Positions 40,801-49,465 of a stretch of 64,000 nucleotides of DNA are shown here, piece after piece. The stretch comes from Bacteroidota bacterium (GTDB taxonomy: Bacteria > Bacteroidota > Bacteroidia > NS11-12g > UBA9320). Location: NCBI GenBank assembly GCA_013359235.1, contig JABWCE010000009.1, positions 8,796-72,795 on the forward strand, read 5' to 3'. Positions within the stretch are counted from its first letter, which is position 1. Every line of letters starts with the position of its first letter. The notes beneath the pieces are model-generated. The model saw only the letters and a list, made by a program, of their open reading frames with translations, made no database searches and was not told the DNA's origin. A program made the position numbers and the translations under genes.

Positions 40801-43426
40801 TATTACCCAACCTTCTGCTCCACTATCAAGCAGTTTGACACAAGTAAATGTAAAATGTTATGGAGATGCTACAGGTTCAATTGATTTAACAGTAACAGGC
40901 GGAACAACTGGATATACATATTCTTGGACAGCAAGCGGAGGCGGCAGTGTGCCAAGCGGACAATCAACCAATCAAGATTTGACAGGTTTGATAGCCGGAA
41001 CATATTCTGTTACAATTACCGATGCAAATAACTGTACAAATACTAAGAGTACAACTATTACTCAACCTTCGGCTGCATTATCAAGTTCTTATACTAAAGT
41101 AGATGTTAAATGCTATAGTAATTCTACAGGTTCAATTGATTTAACAGTAACAGGCGGAACAACAGGATATACTTATTCTTGGACAGCAAGCGGAGGTGGA
41201 AGTGTACCATCAGGTCAATCAACCAATCAGGATTTGACAGGTCTTGTAGCCGGAACATATTCTGTAACTATTACTGATGCTAACGGCTGTACTGCTACTA
41301 ATTCTGTTACAATTACTCAACCATCAGCAGCATTGGCTTCTTCAAAAACAAGAATTGATGTAAAATGTAATGGTGATCCAACCGGTTCTATTGACTTAAC
41401 AGCAACAGGCGGAACAACTCCATACTCTTATTCATGGACTGCAACAGGCGGTGGTAGCGTACCTTCTGGTCAATCAACCAATCAAGATTTAACAGGGTTA
41501 GTTGATGGTTATTATTTTGTTACAGTAACGGATGCAAATGGTTGTACTACAAACGATTCTTCAGTAATAAAAGAACCTACTAAGCTTGTAATTTCACATA
41601 CAATTACAGATGTAAATTGCTATGGTGGTAATGATGGAGCAGTAAATATCACTGTTTCTGGTGGTATTTTGCCTTATACATTCAACTGGAGCAATAGTGC
41701 AACAACTGAAGATATTAACAACTTAATTTCAGGCAACTATTCAGTTACAGTAACCGATAAAAACGGTTGTACCATAAATGATGCCGGATACGTTAATCAA
41801 CCAACATTACTTGTTGCCACTCATATTGTAAGTGATGTAAATTGTTTCGATGGAAGTGACGGTGCTATCAATTTAACGGTTTCGGGAAGTGTTGCACCAT
41901 ACACATTTAGTTGGTCAAGCGGTGATAATACCGAAGATATTAGCGGAAAAACATTTGGTTGGTACAAAGTAAAAATAACTGATAGCCATAATTGTATTTT
42001 ATTCGACTCGGCTTATATTTCACAACCTGCGGCACCACTGGCATCAAGCGTAACAATTTCTGCTGTAAAATGCTTTGGAGGTAATGATGGCTCTGTTGAC
42101 CTTACAGTTACCGGAGGAACCTCTCCATATACTTATGCTTGGTCAAATAGCAGCACTACTCAGGATATTAATAATTTAATATTAGGTACATATTACGTTA
42201 CAATTACTGATAAAAATAATTGTATTTTGAAAGATACAGCTGATGTTACTCAACCTTTAGCTCCATTAGCTACTATCATTTCTAAGATATATGTAAAATG
42301 CTTTGGTGATGCAACCGGCTCGGCTGATTTAACAGTAAACGGAGGTACTACACCATACACTTATTTATGGTCAAACAGCAGTACAAATGAAGATTTAAGT
42401 AATTTAATTACCGGAAAATACAAAGTTCTTGTTACAGATAAAAATATGTGTACAATTACAGATTCTGTCTTCATCAAACAACCTTCTGCACCACTTTCAA
42501 GTACTATAAGTGCGGTAGCTGTTAATTGCTTTGGAGGTAATGATGGTTCTGTTTTATTCAATGTTGCTGGTGGAACATTGCCTTATACTTATTTGTGGTC
42601 AAATGGCGCTACAACACAAAATATTACTAATTTAACTCAAGGTAAATATGTTGTAACCGTTAGCGACTCAAGTGCATGTATTTTGAAAGATTCAATTGTT
42701 GTAACACAACCTACTGCTCCACTTAGTACTTCTACAATTATTGCAAATGTAAAATGCAAAGATGGCTCTGATGGTTCTGTTAACTTGACAGTTACAGGTG
42801 GTACAACTCCATATTCATTCAGTTGGAGTTCATCTCAAACATCAGAAGATATTTCAAATGTTCCTGCGGGGCATTATGTAGTTACAGTTACTGATAAAAA
42901 TCTCTGTGTTATAAAAGACAGTGCTGATGTAACAGAACCAACCAAGCTCCTTACAACAACCGATGGAACTTCTGCAACTCCAAGAATCAATAATGGACAT
43001 GTTTGGGTTATACCTACAGGAGGTACTCAGCCTTATTCATATACTTGGAGTATGACTTCACAGAATAATGACACAATACACAATGTAGGTATAGGTACTT
43101 ATTATGTAACAGTAACCGATGCCAATGGTTGCTCTAATAAAGATACAATCTTTGTACCCGAAGCACCTGTTCTTGAACTTATTAAATTATACCCCAATCC
43201 TACAATTGGATTTATTACTGTTTCAGAACTTGAAGCATTTGGTTTAGACCTTCCTATTACATTTGAATTATACGATTTGAAAGGTAAACTTAGAATGACT
43301 TTTGAAGTAATTGGTGTAAATACATATACTTTCAGATTTGATGATGCATTATACAATGGCTCTTATATTTTGAGAATGTATAACGACAGATACGAAGAAA
43401 ACAGAAAAGTATATCTATTAAGATAA
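34802..43426 (+). CDS. M4 (thermolysin-like) zinc metallopeptidase with FTP/PepSY propeptide, fused to ~25 SprB repeats and a T9SS type A C-terminal sorting domain (2874 aa)
   Basis: Signal peptide present. The M4 motifs are HEFSH…GALNESFADIFG and CGVHGNSGVGNYWFYLL. The SprB repeat pattern recurs (KC.G…G.IDLTVTGG..PY.Y.WS…DL..L..G.Y.V.V.D…C). The C-terminus (KLYPNPTIGFITV…) is a type A sorting domain. Confidence 0.85.
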   Translation: MKKLILNTAKVISIAMSLFVTNIYAQQNKELILEAEYNNSNLLFSFKPHPSWSYTSLENLPKVLSEIYNVSGNFTFKAMSTDKGEGYTVTKYMQTINGYPVDGGDIIISRKSNGQIEQIIGTLRDPLTIVPPTISSEKALEIANNTLEITPDDYFKIANEPIRQPKINLKYAALNGVENAKVVLCYEIEILTNKPTRVFLYINATNGNVEFYHKAMHTANGTGNSLYSGNGLAVNTKKISNTNYRLEDTARKIRTIYCYNDTLHNGSWIIAWDADNNFTSTWQKAGIDVHYGIAKTYDYFKTKHNRTSYDNNGTLIRNFYAYLPVDEARNGVTGYNNAFWNGSEMMYGTGDGNLFSALVSVDIAGHEFSHAVVEKTANLQYRNESGALNESFADIFGYCIEDFTEGGSNWQIGEDCFSPATAGDALRNMQTPKTPNTVHNAFKQPNCYDGTYWTSQVGCVPNDNNDLCGVHGNSGVGNYWFYLLTAGSGGDKQNDKNKTYNVTGITRAKSEKIVYRALSQFMTAHSDYKAARKATLLAAEKLYGYKSNEWKQVCNAWYAVNVGDKCCDTLEVKFDVINPKCHDSHDGEIDLTIKKKGGGKEPEYYWHKGDTTSVVFSRSQDVVGLDSGNYVVVIKDTVAKCEIVADTNLVAPDKLKLTVSGSGVIFGACQRSFTVTLTANASGGTEPYTYNWPNGIKEIICSGGSGFFRTYTATVIDKNNCTAEATAWVMYIPITCSYDPNDIIGPPSYGDKKWVSVNATLPYKIRYENDPKFATGPAQKVSITHPLDTNVDLTSFRLSSFGFYKYNFDVPSNSTTYSDRLDLRDSFGIYLDVTAGVDINTREAFWIFESIDPTTGVPPLDGNKGYLAINDTITHKGEGYVNYTIKPKSTAKTLDSIRAKATIVFDDNTPVPTPRIHNIIDAVAPTSYIKDVPAVIDSNIVEMYIKAKDDTLGSGVGYFNIFVSENDGPYNLVANKIQDTIYKFRGNFGSSYKAYSIAFDNTDNEENDKTSPDITFSIASNEFFKPIPSNTSLCSGDTLKIRWQRSFFNSIKLQYTADSGVSYTTFATNLSGSDTLYKWVIPSSISGIKKYFIRSLTSTDVVFDTSDIFELKQGPIVNLGRDTSLCDGTSFSFVLDAGSGYPSYKWNDSTTNQTKTVNTYGTYWVKVTASTGCKSTDEFKIIKNLLPVVSSKSTSNPMCFGDYNGSIDITVVSGTAPYKYKWNNNDSTQDLSSIAAGTYIVTITDVKTCSIKDTTLLTQPAKLTISHVISNVKCFGGSDGSVDITVTGGTAPYTYVWSNSATTQDLSGLAIGKYYLQVIDDHGCFAYDTIEITQPPKLAKSHTLTHVKCFGQSTGAFDVTITGGVTPYSYSWSNSSTNEDLTNVPAGTYYLTVTDANLCIIKDTGTITQPSAPLASTKTQVDVKCYGDATGSIDLTVTGGTPGYTYSWTASGGGSVPSGQSINQDLTGLIAGTYSVTITDANSCTLNNSATITQPAAPLASSNTKVDVKCFGDATGSIDLTVTGGTTSYSYSWTASGGGSVPTGQSTNQDLTGLIAGTYSVTITDANNCINTRSVTISQPTLLTSSGTQVNVKCYGDATGSIDLSVTGGTPVYTYSWTASGGGSVPSGQSTNQDLSGLIAGTYSVTITDAYNCIKTNSFTITQPSAPLASTKTQINVKCYGDATGSIDLTVTGGTPGYTYSWTASGGGSVPSGQSTNQDLTGLIAGTYSVTITDANSCTTNNSATITQPSAPLSSSLTQVNVKCYGDATGSIDLTVTGGTTGYTYSWTASGGGSVPSGQSTNQDLTGLIAGTYSVTITDANNCTNTKSTTITQPSAPITPSYTQVNVKCYSNSTGSIDLTVTGGTPGYTYSWTASGGGSVPSGQSTNQDLTGLVAGTYTVLITDANNCTKTVNVTITQPSAALSSSLTKVDVKCYGDATGSIDLTVTGGTTAYSYSWTASGGGSVPSGQSTNQDLTGLIAGTYSVTITDANSCTTTNSSTITQPSAPLSSSLTQVNVKCYGDATGSIDLTVTGGTTGYTYSWTASGGGSVPSGQSTNQDLTGLIAGTYSVTITDANNCTNTKSTTITQPSAALSSSYTKVDVKCYSNSTGSIDLTVTGGTTGYTYSWTASGGGSVPSGQSTNQDLTGLVAGTYSVTITDANGCTATNSVTITQPSAALASSKTRIDVKCNGDPTGSIDLTATGGTTPYSYSWTATGGGSVPSGQSTNQDLTGLVDGYYFVTVTDANGCTTNDSSVIKEPTKLVISHTITDVNCYGGNDGAVNITVSGGILPYTFNWSNSATTEDINNLISGNYSVTVTDKNGCTINDAGYVNQPTLLVATHIVSDVNCFDGSDGAINLTVSGSVAPYTFSWSSGDNTEDISGKTFGWYKVKITDSHNCILFDSAYISQPAAPLASSVTISAVKCFGGNDGSVDLTVTGGTSPYTYAWSNSSTTQDINNLILGTYYVTITDKNNCILKDTADVTQPLAPLATIISKIYVKCFGDATGSADLTVNGGTTPYTYLWSNSSTNEDLSNLITGKYKVLVTDKNMCTITDSVFIKQPSAPLSSTISAVAVNCFGGNDGSVLFNVAGGTLPYTYLWSNGATTQNITNLTQGKYVVTVSDSSACILKDSIVVTQPTAPLSTSTIIANVKCKDGSDGSVNLTVTGGTTPYSFSWSSSQTSEDISNVPAGHYVVTVTDKNLCVIKDSADVTEPTKLLTTTDGTSATPRINNGHVWVIPTGGTQPYSYTWSMTSQNNDTIHNVGIGTYYVTVTDANGCSNKDTIFVPEAPVLELIKLYPNPTIGFITVSELEAFGLDLPITFELYDLKGKLRMTFEVIGVNTYTFRFDDALYNGSYILRMYNDRYEENRKVYLLR
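39029..41578 (+). repeat. Ten tandem near-identical 255-bp (85-aa) SprB-type repeat units inside the M4-SprB gene
   Basis: All units start PSA(P/A)L…VKCYGDATGSIDLTVTGGT…YSWTASGGGSVPSGQSTNQDLTGLIAGTYSVTITDAN.C. Units 5 and 8 are 100% identical in protein but differ at synonymous DNA positions. Confidence 0.85.
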
Positions 43427-43442
43427 TTATAAATTAAATAAA

Positions 43443-43477
43443 AGAACCTGTAAAATATTTTACAGGTTCTTTTTTTA
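43443..43477 (+). terminator. Rho-independent terminator after the M4-SprB gene
   Basis: Palindrome AGAACCTGTAAAATATTTTACAGGTTCT followed by TTTTTT. Confidence 0.7.
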
Positions 43478-43491
43478 GCAATTAAATTAAT

Positions 43492-44085
43492 TTGAAACTA
43501 AATTTAAAATTTCTATTTTTTATATTTATTACAGCATTTGCACTGATATTATTAAATTGTGGTGATTGCCATAATACATGTATTCATGGGACAAGAGATA
43601 ATAGTTGCAAATGTGAATGTAACAATGGATGGATTGGCGTGAGTTGTGATCAACCGGAAAGTTCAAATTTGATAAGTGCAGAAAGTTATTATCCCGGTTA
43701 TTTTAAATATCAGACAGTTGATATTGAAATGACAACAAAAACCAATAATAGTAGTGATGATACATTATTTATAGATTCTGAAACTACATTTGGCGAATGG
43801 ATGTATTTCAGACTAATTGTAGATGATATAAATGACATAAATAACAAAAAATTTCCTGTTACAAAATCAAGTCTTAAAAACGAAGTTTGGTTAAGTCATT
43901 TACATCCATCAGTTACATCAAACGTATTTACTCCAACAACAAAAAAAACAATTGCAGGGTATTTAGAAATTGATAGTTTTAATCTTAGCCCAAAATTTTT
44001 AAAAGCTAAATTTCATGCTTCGCTTGAAGCGTCAAACATTGATACTTGTTTTATAAAAAACGGAATAATAGAATATAGTGAATAA
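43492..44085 (+). CDS. Small secreted protein or lipoprotein with an EGF-like cysteine module
   Basis: Signal peptide ending LLNC. The Cys pattern is CGDCHNTCIHGTRDNSCKCECNNGWIGVSC. 197 aa. Confidence 0.45.
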   Translation: MKLNLKFLFFIFITAFALILLNCGDCHNTCIHGTRDNSCKCECNNGWIGVSCDQPESSNLISAESYYPGYFKYQTVDIEMTTKTNNSSDDTLFIDSETTFGEWMYFRLIVDDINDINNKKFPVTKSSLKNEVWLSHLHPSVTSNVFTPTTKKTIAGYLEIDSFNLSPKFLKAKFHASLEASNIDTCFIKNGIIEYSE

Positions 44086-44116
44086 CACTTTTTAATTTCT
44101 TCATTTTTAATTATTT

Positions 44117-47100
44117 TTGAATAAATTATTTTTGACAGAGATAAATATGAAAAATGTATCTATTAAATTGATTTTTATAGGCTTTATTTTGATTTTATGT
44201 TCTAATAAATCTTATGGACAGGTCAATATTTTCGAAGTTATGGAAAATAAAAGCCTAAAGCTAGAAGAAGTAGAAAAAATAGCCGATAAATATTTTTTGC
44301 AAGTTGGCACAGGAAGGGGCACAGGTTACAAACAGTATCAGCGTTGGTGGTATGAAAGAAAATTTCATATTGATGAAAAAGGAAATTATATAAACCCAAG
44401 TACTGAAAATGACTTTTACAGTCAATTTCTAAAAACTCAAAAGTTTTATAAAGCTTCATCTGTTTGGAAAGAAATGGGACCTTATGCAAAAAACCCTACA
44501 AGCAGTTGGAATCCGGGAGTAGGCAGAATAACATCCGTAGCTATTCATCCTTCTGATACAACTGTAATTTATGTTAGTTCTCCTGGTGGAGGAATTTGGA
44601 AAAGTACCAACAGCGGCTCATCATGGACTCCACTAATAGATTATGTAAATAGCGGTTGGATGAATGTATATAACCTTTGTATTGATCCCTCAAATACAAA
44701 TACAATTTATGCTGCACCTTCGGGTGTTATTAAATCAAACGATGCCGGAAAAACATGGAACAATACCGGAAGTGGACCAAGTTCAGTAAAAAAAATACTT
44801 GTACATCCCTCAAATTCAAATATTGTTTTTGCTACAGGTTCAGGTGGTATTTGGAGGTCGGTAAATGCCGGAACAAGTTGGACAAAAGTAAGTTCTGTTT
44901 CGTCAATGGAAGATATTGAATTTAATCCTTATAATGTTAATGTAATGTATGCTTCCGGTTCGGGCTCTACGTCTATTCTACGTTCAAAAGATAATGGAAT
45001 AAATTGGACAAGTTTAAATTCATCAAATGGCATTGAAGCATCAGGACGAACTTTACTTGGAGTTTCGCCTGATAATCCCGCAATTGTTTATGCTGCTCAG
45101 GCAAGTGGTAGTATTTTTGGCAGGTTTTACAAATCAACTGATACAGGATACACTTACAAAGTATTAATAAAGGGAAGTGCTACAAACGGTACTAATTTTT
45201 TTGGATACGAACCTAATGGAAAAGGCACTACCGGCCAAGCTTCTTACGATATGGCAATGTGTGTTAATCCTAAAGATGTTGATGAAATTCATATTGCAGG
45301 AATTATTTGTTGGAAAAGTATTGATGGGGGAGATTCGTTTACTGCCGAAACAGTTTGGTCATACCCCAATTCAGTTGGTTATAACCATGCTGACGTACAT
45401 TCTCTTGAATGGATTAACAGCACTATATATTCAACCAGTGATGGTGGAATTTATAAAAGTACTAATAATGGTGGAGATTGGACAGACCTGACAAATGGTA
45501 TAGGCATTAGACAATTTTATAGAATTTCTTGCTCAAAAACCGACCCCGAAATCATTAGTGGAGGTGCTCAGGATAATGGTACTTCTTATCGCCAATCTAA
45601 TGGTGACTGGATAGATTGGCTTGGGGCTGATGGAATGGATTGTGTAATAAGCCCAACAAACTCTGAAATTGCAATTGGTACAAGTCAAAATGGGGGTATT
45701 TATAAAACAACAAATGCCGGAAAATCCAGAATAGGTCTTTCACAACCATCAAGTGGAAATTGGATAACTCCCTTAGCTATGCACCCTTTTAGTCATGATA
45801 CTGTTTTTGGCGGGTGGACAGGTATTTGGAAATCTGTAAATGGCGGTACAAACTGGTCAAATCTTACAACTTTTATTAAAAGTAAAATGAACACTCTTGC
45901 CGTAGCTCAAAACCCTAATTACATTTATGGCTCGGTTTATACAAAATTGTATAGAACTGTAAATGGTGGTAAAAATTGGGATTCTACAATTGTAAGTTCT
46001 GAAATTACCTCAATTTATATTAGTAAAAAAGATCCTAAAAAATTATGGATTACATGCAATAGTAGTTCAAACAGAGTATTTATATCTACCGATGGTGGTG
46101 CAAATTTTACAAATATATCATCAGGTTTACCATCTGTATCTGCCCGTTCGGTAGTTGTTGACGAAAATGATTCTGAAGATGTTTATGTAGGAATGAATAT
46201 TGGAGTATATCAACGAAGCAAAAACAACAGTAAATGGAATCAATATGGTACAGGTTTGCCACTTGTAGCAATAAACGAAATTGAAATTCAGGAAAAATCC
46301 GGCAAATTAAGAGTTGCTACTTATGGTAGAGGGTTGTGGGAATGTGACCTGAGAAGCAAAATTGATTGTGCAAAACCTTGGGGGCTAAATAGTACCGTAA
46401 TTGGATTGAAAAAAGCAAAATTAGTATGGAATAATACCACTACTGCTCAGAGTTATACAGTTGAGTACAAAACATCAGCAGCATCGAGTTGGTCAGTAAT
46501 TTCAGACTTAAATGATACAACTGTTTTGATTGAATCATTAACCCCCGGTGAAAAATATTATTGGAGAGTAAGGTCAAACTGCCCAACATGGGGCGATTTT
46601 TCACTCGATTCTTTTCAAACTCCCGAAGCCTGTAAAATTATTGATGCTGTTATTGTTGACAGTATAACAATAAATTCGGCAATTATTAACTGGAGCAATG
46701 TAAATTCATTAAGCTACATTGTAGAATACAAAGAAGTAAATTCCTCAACTTGGATAAGTTTGGGCAATGTTACTCAAAACCGCTTAGTATTATCGGGCTT
46801 AAAAGGTTTTACCGAGTACGATTTAAGAATAAAATCAATTTGTACTTATGATAGCAGCAATTTTTATAACACAACATTTATTACCGAAAGTTGTTCTATG
46901 GGTACGGGATTGCTTACCCGAAATCTTGGTTCAAATAGTGTAACTCTATACTGGGATAAGGTTTTTGGTGCAAACGAGTATCATGTTGAGTACAAAAAAG
47001 CAATTTCATCAGTTTGGGATAAAAAAATTAATACAATTGATACATTTTTAAATATTTCAAACCTTGAACAATTTACAGATTATGACTGGATGTTGCAACC

Positions 47101-47434
47101 ACTTTGTAGTAATGCAGAAACATATTCGACTTTCAAAACCAAAAAAGGTTCTGAAATTGGCGAGCATATTCCATCAAATTCATATTTAATTATAAATCCG
47201 GTACCTGCTGGTGATTTTATTAAATTTTCGTTTTTTATAAATAAAGATATGAAAAACATTGGAGTTGATGTAATTGACCTGCTTGGCAAGAAATTAATTT
47301 CAAAAAATATTGATTGTAAAAATGGCAAAGTATCAGAAACCTTGAATACAGAACAACTTGCAAATGGAATTTATTTCCTGATTTTGAAAACCCAAAATTC
47401 AGTTTATGTTCAAAAATTTATAATAGAAAAATAA
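44117..47434 (+). CDS. BNR/Asp-box repeat (sortilin/Vps10- or GH74-like beta-propeller) protein with fibronectin type III domains and a T9SS type A C-terminal domain
   Basis: There are at least ten S.D.G.(T/S)W Asp-box motifs (STNSGSSWTP, SNDAGKTWNN, SVNAGTSWTK and others). Fn3-like segments follow. The C-terminal …GIYFLILKTQNSVYVQKFIIEK is a beta-sandwich sorting domain. Confidence 0.75.
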   Translation: MNKLFLTEINMKNVSIKLIFIGFILILCSNKSYGQVNIFEVMENKSLKLEEVEKIADKYFLQVGTGRGTGYKQYQRWWYERKFHIDEKGNYINPSTENDFYSQFLKTQKFYKASSVWKEMGPYAKNPTSSWNPGVGRITSVAIHPSDTTVIYVSSPGGGIWKSTNSGSSWTPLIDYVNSGWMNVYNLCIDPSNTNTIYAAPSGVIKSNDAGKTWNNTGSGPSSVKKILVHPSNSNIVFATGSGGIWRSVNAGTSWTKVSSVSSMEDIEFNPYNVNVMYASGSGSTSILRSKDNGINWTSLNSSNGIEASGRTLLGVSPDNPAIVYAAQASGSIFGRFYKSTDTGYTYKVLIKGSATNGTNFFGYEPNGKGTTGQASYDMAMCVNPKDVDEIHIAGIICWKSIDGGDSFTAETVWSYPNSVGYNHADVHSLEWINSTIYSTSDGGIYKSTNNGGDWTDLTNGIGIRQFYRISCSKTDPEIISGGAQDNGTSYRQSNGDWIDWLGADGMDCVISPTNSEIAIGTSQNGGIYKTTNAGKSRIGLSQPSSGNWITPLAMHPFSHDTVFGGWTGIWKSVNGGTNWSNLTTFIKSKMNTLAVAQNPNYIYGSVYTKLYRTVNGGKNWDSTIVSSEITSIYISKKDPKKLWITCNSSSNRVFISTDGGANFTNISSGLPSVSARSVVVDENDSEDVYVGMNIGVYQRSKNNSKWNQYGTGLPLVAINEIEIQEKSGKLRVATYGRGLWECDLRSKIDCAKPWGLNSTVIGLKKAKLVWNNTTTAQSYTVEYKTSAASSWSVISDLNDTTVLIESLTPGEKYYWRVRSNCPTWGDFSLDSFQTPEACKIIDAVIVDSITINSAIINWSNVNSLSYIVEYKEVNSSTWISLGNVTQNRLVLSGLKGFTEYDLRIKSICTYDSSNFYNTTFITESCSMGTGLLTRNLGSNSVTLYWDKVFGANEYHVEYKKAISSVWDKKINTIDTFLNISNLEQFTDYDWMLQPLCSNAETYSTFKTKKGSEIGEHIPSNSYLIINPVPAGDFIKFSFFINKDMKNIGVDVIDLLGKKLISKNIDCKNGKVSETLNTEQLANGIYFLILKTQNSVYVQKFIIEK

Positions 47435-47435
47435 T

Positions 47436-48485
47436 TTACCACCAGAAAAAATCTGATGGTATTATTCCTGCCTTATAAGATTTTATAAAATGTCCGGTGG
47501 GAGAATATACCAGTATTTGTCCGCTACTTAAATAATCTCCAGCATCAGCAATCAAAATATTTCCGTTAGTTTTGTCAACTGTAAGCCCATAAAATGATGA
47601 ACCTTTTTTTTCGGCAATAATTGGATTTGAAGGCAATGAATTTGCATATTTCGAAAACTTGTAAATTCCCTTATATACAAACAAAAAGCTGTCATTTTCT
47701 TTGTTAAACTTTAATCGTATCGGATTAAAATCTGGTTTATCAAAAAGTATTTTCTTTTCAATTTTCATTTTCTTTTCATCAATGCAAAACAATCCGCCGG
47801 TTTTGTTTTTTGTAGCATCTCCCGAACACAAAACCCAAATTTTATTTGAATTATCATAGATTATAGATGAGCCTCCCCATGCTATTTCAAGGCTATCGCT
47901 TATTTTATCGGTCTCAGGATTTATTATATATACGTAATTGCTATTGTGGTTTGTAACCCAAACTTTATTGTTTACTAATATCATTTCTTCTGTCCAACCG
48001 CTACATTTTATTTCGCCCACTTTTGTAAAATTATTTGAGTTAACAATGCTTATAGCATTTGAATACAAATCAGAAACATATACTTTTTCTTCATTCACTT
48101 TTAAGGTATATCTGGGAGATTTAAAGTTTTTAATTGTTTGAACTGTCTTTAGATTTTCAGAATTTATTACTTCAATTTTTCCCGAATTGTTAATTACAAG
48201 CCATAGGTTTTCGCCAATCAAATTAATACTTTGCAATACATCGCCACACTTTCTGCCGTTTGCAGCATAAAACAAATCAGAATTGGTGTTTTTGCTTTCA
48301 TCTTTAAGATTTATGAAATACAAAGAAGCATTTCCAAGCCCAAATGTACCTTCGTTTGTAAGAAAAAATCCTTCATTTTTTGCAAAACCTGCTGGTGGTA
48401 TTTGCAATTTGACTTCATCTTCTTTGCAAGCTGAAAAAAATGTTATACAAGCAAAAAAGATAATTAACAATTTATAAAAATTCAT
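47436..48485 (-). CDS. Surface lipoprotein, predicted beta-propeller; BtuG-like B12-capture protein candidate
   Basis: Lipoprotein signal peptide (FFSAC). It is the last gene of the riboswitch-btuB operon and overlaps the upstream gene by 4 bp. It has repeated beta-strand-rich blades (YncE-like). Confidence 0.5.
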   Translation of the reverse strand: MNFYKLLIIFFACITFFSACKEDEVKLQIPPAGFAKNEGFFLTNEGTFGLGNASLYFINLKDESKNTNSDLFYAANGRKCGDVLQSINLIGENLWLVINNSGKIEVINSENLKTVQTIKNFKSPRYTLKVNEEKVYVSDLYSNAISIVNSNNFTKVGEIKCSGWTEEMILVNNKVWVTNHNSNYVYIINPETDKISDSLEIAWGGSSIIYDNSNKIWVLCSGDATKNKTGGLFCIDEKKMKIEKKILFDKPDFNPIRLKFNKENDSFLFVYKGIYKFSKYANSLPSNPIIAEKKGSSFYGLTVDKTNGNILIADAGDYLSSGQILVYSPTGHFIKSYKAGIIPSDFFWW

Positions 48486-49465
48486 AGTTTTATAGCTTTG
48501 TAGTAGTAATATGAGTTTTTACCTGCAAATTTTAATATAAAAAAACCAAAAGGTATATCACTTGGGTTTAAAGTAATTGAATTATTGTTAACTTCAAACT
48601 CTTTATAAACGCTACCTTTATAATCAATAACTATTAATTTTAAATTACCTGTGCTTTTTAATTTTATATTTATTGCACTGTTAAAACCAAGTGGGTTTTG
48701 AGTAGAAATTTCTATATTATCATCAATTTTATCAACTCCTGAAATTGGCTTTTCATTAATCACTCCAATTGCATCAAGATCAAAGCCACCAGAGGCAAAC
48801 AGTGTAGGGTAGGGGTCGTTTATTTTTCGTTTGGCAGTATCAAAAGTTGCAAATTGATTGTTTAAACTACCTATAACATCTACAATTTTTACAAATCTTA
48901 TATTTTGTTTGTCAAGGTCTTTGTAATATGGTAACTCGCCTATATCAAACGGCGTTCCGAAGCCAAACCGGTATTTACCCGCTAAATTATTAATTTTTTC
49001 AGCATTAGTAGTTCCAAAAGCCGTTGTTTGAGTGCTTGTATCATTTAGCGAATGACAAGGGAAACGAAAAAACTTATTACCATCACTACTTACTTCTACA
49101 AATGCCAACTCAAGGTATTCATCGCTAAATGAGTTTTCGAAAACTGCAAAATCCCAACCATCGCCATCTATTATAGGTTGTGAAAAGCTGCAAATAGCTA
49201 TACCGCTATCTCCAAGGCTTACTATTCCATTTTCGCCGGCTGCTCCTATTGCCGAAAGGCTGTCGCCAATGGTAGTAAAACCTGAATCTTTATGTGCAAT
49301 ATCTTTCCATCCTCTAATTATTTTGCAACTTTTAGCCCAGTTCTTAATAATTGATGAATCTTTATAAATTGCCGAGCTTCCTGTTTTTCCTGCCGGCGGA
49401 TGATACTGGCATAATCCAACTTTTGCCAATAATATTGCTTGTAATATTAAAATAATTTTTTTCAT
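48482..49465 (-). CDS. Secreted or surface protein of unknown function, co-transcribed with btuB (possible accessory B12-binding protein)
   Basis: Signal peptide present. It overlaps both neighbouring genes by 4 bp (ATGA). It has a C-terminal beta-sandwich-like tail. Confidence 0.45.
   Translation of the reverse strand: MKKIILILQAILLAKVGLCQYHPPAGKTGSSAIYKDSSIIKNWAKSCKIIRGWKDIAHKDSGFTTIGDSLSAIGAAGENGIVSLGDSGIAICSFSQPIIDGDGWDFAVFENSFSDEYLELAFVEVSSDGNKFFRFPCHSLNDTSTQTTAFGTTNAEKINNLAGKYRFGFGTPFDIGELPYYKDLDKQNIRFVKIVDVIGSLNNQFATFDTAKRKINDPYPTLFASGGFDLDAIGVINEKPISGVDKIDDNIEISTQNPLGFNSAINIKLKSTGNLKLIVIDYKGSVYKEFEVNNNSITLNPSDIPFGFFILKFAGKNSYYYYKAIKL

Noticed and set aside
18378-43426. Checked whether the repetitive regions could be CRISPR arrays or assembly-collapsed identical repeats
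   Set aside because: The repeats are coding modules 255 bp to 1.6 kb long, with protein-level conservation and no spacer-like unique inserts. Both ORFs stay open through all units.
47434-47436. Looked for a terminator between the convergent BNR gene and the lipoprotein gene
   Set aside because: The stop codons are 1 bp apart. No hairpin is possible, so termination signals must lie inside the opposing coding sequences. Not treated as a separate feature.
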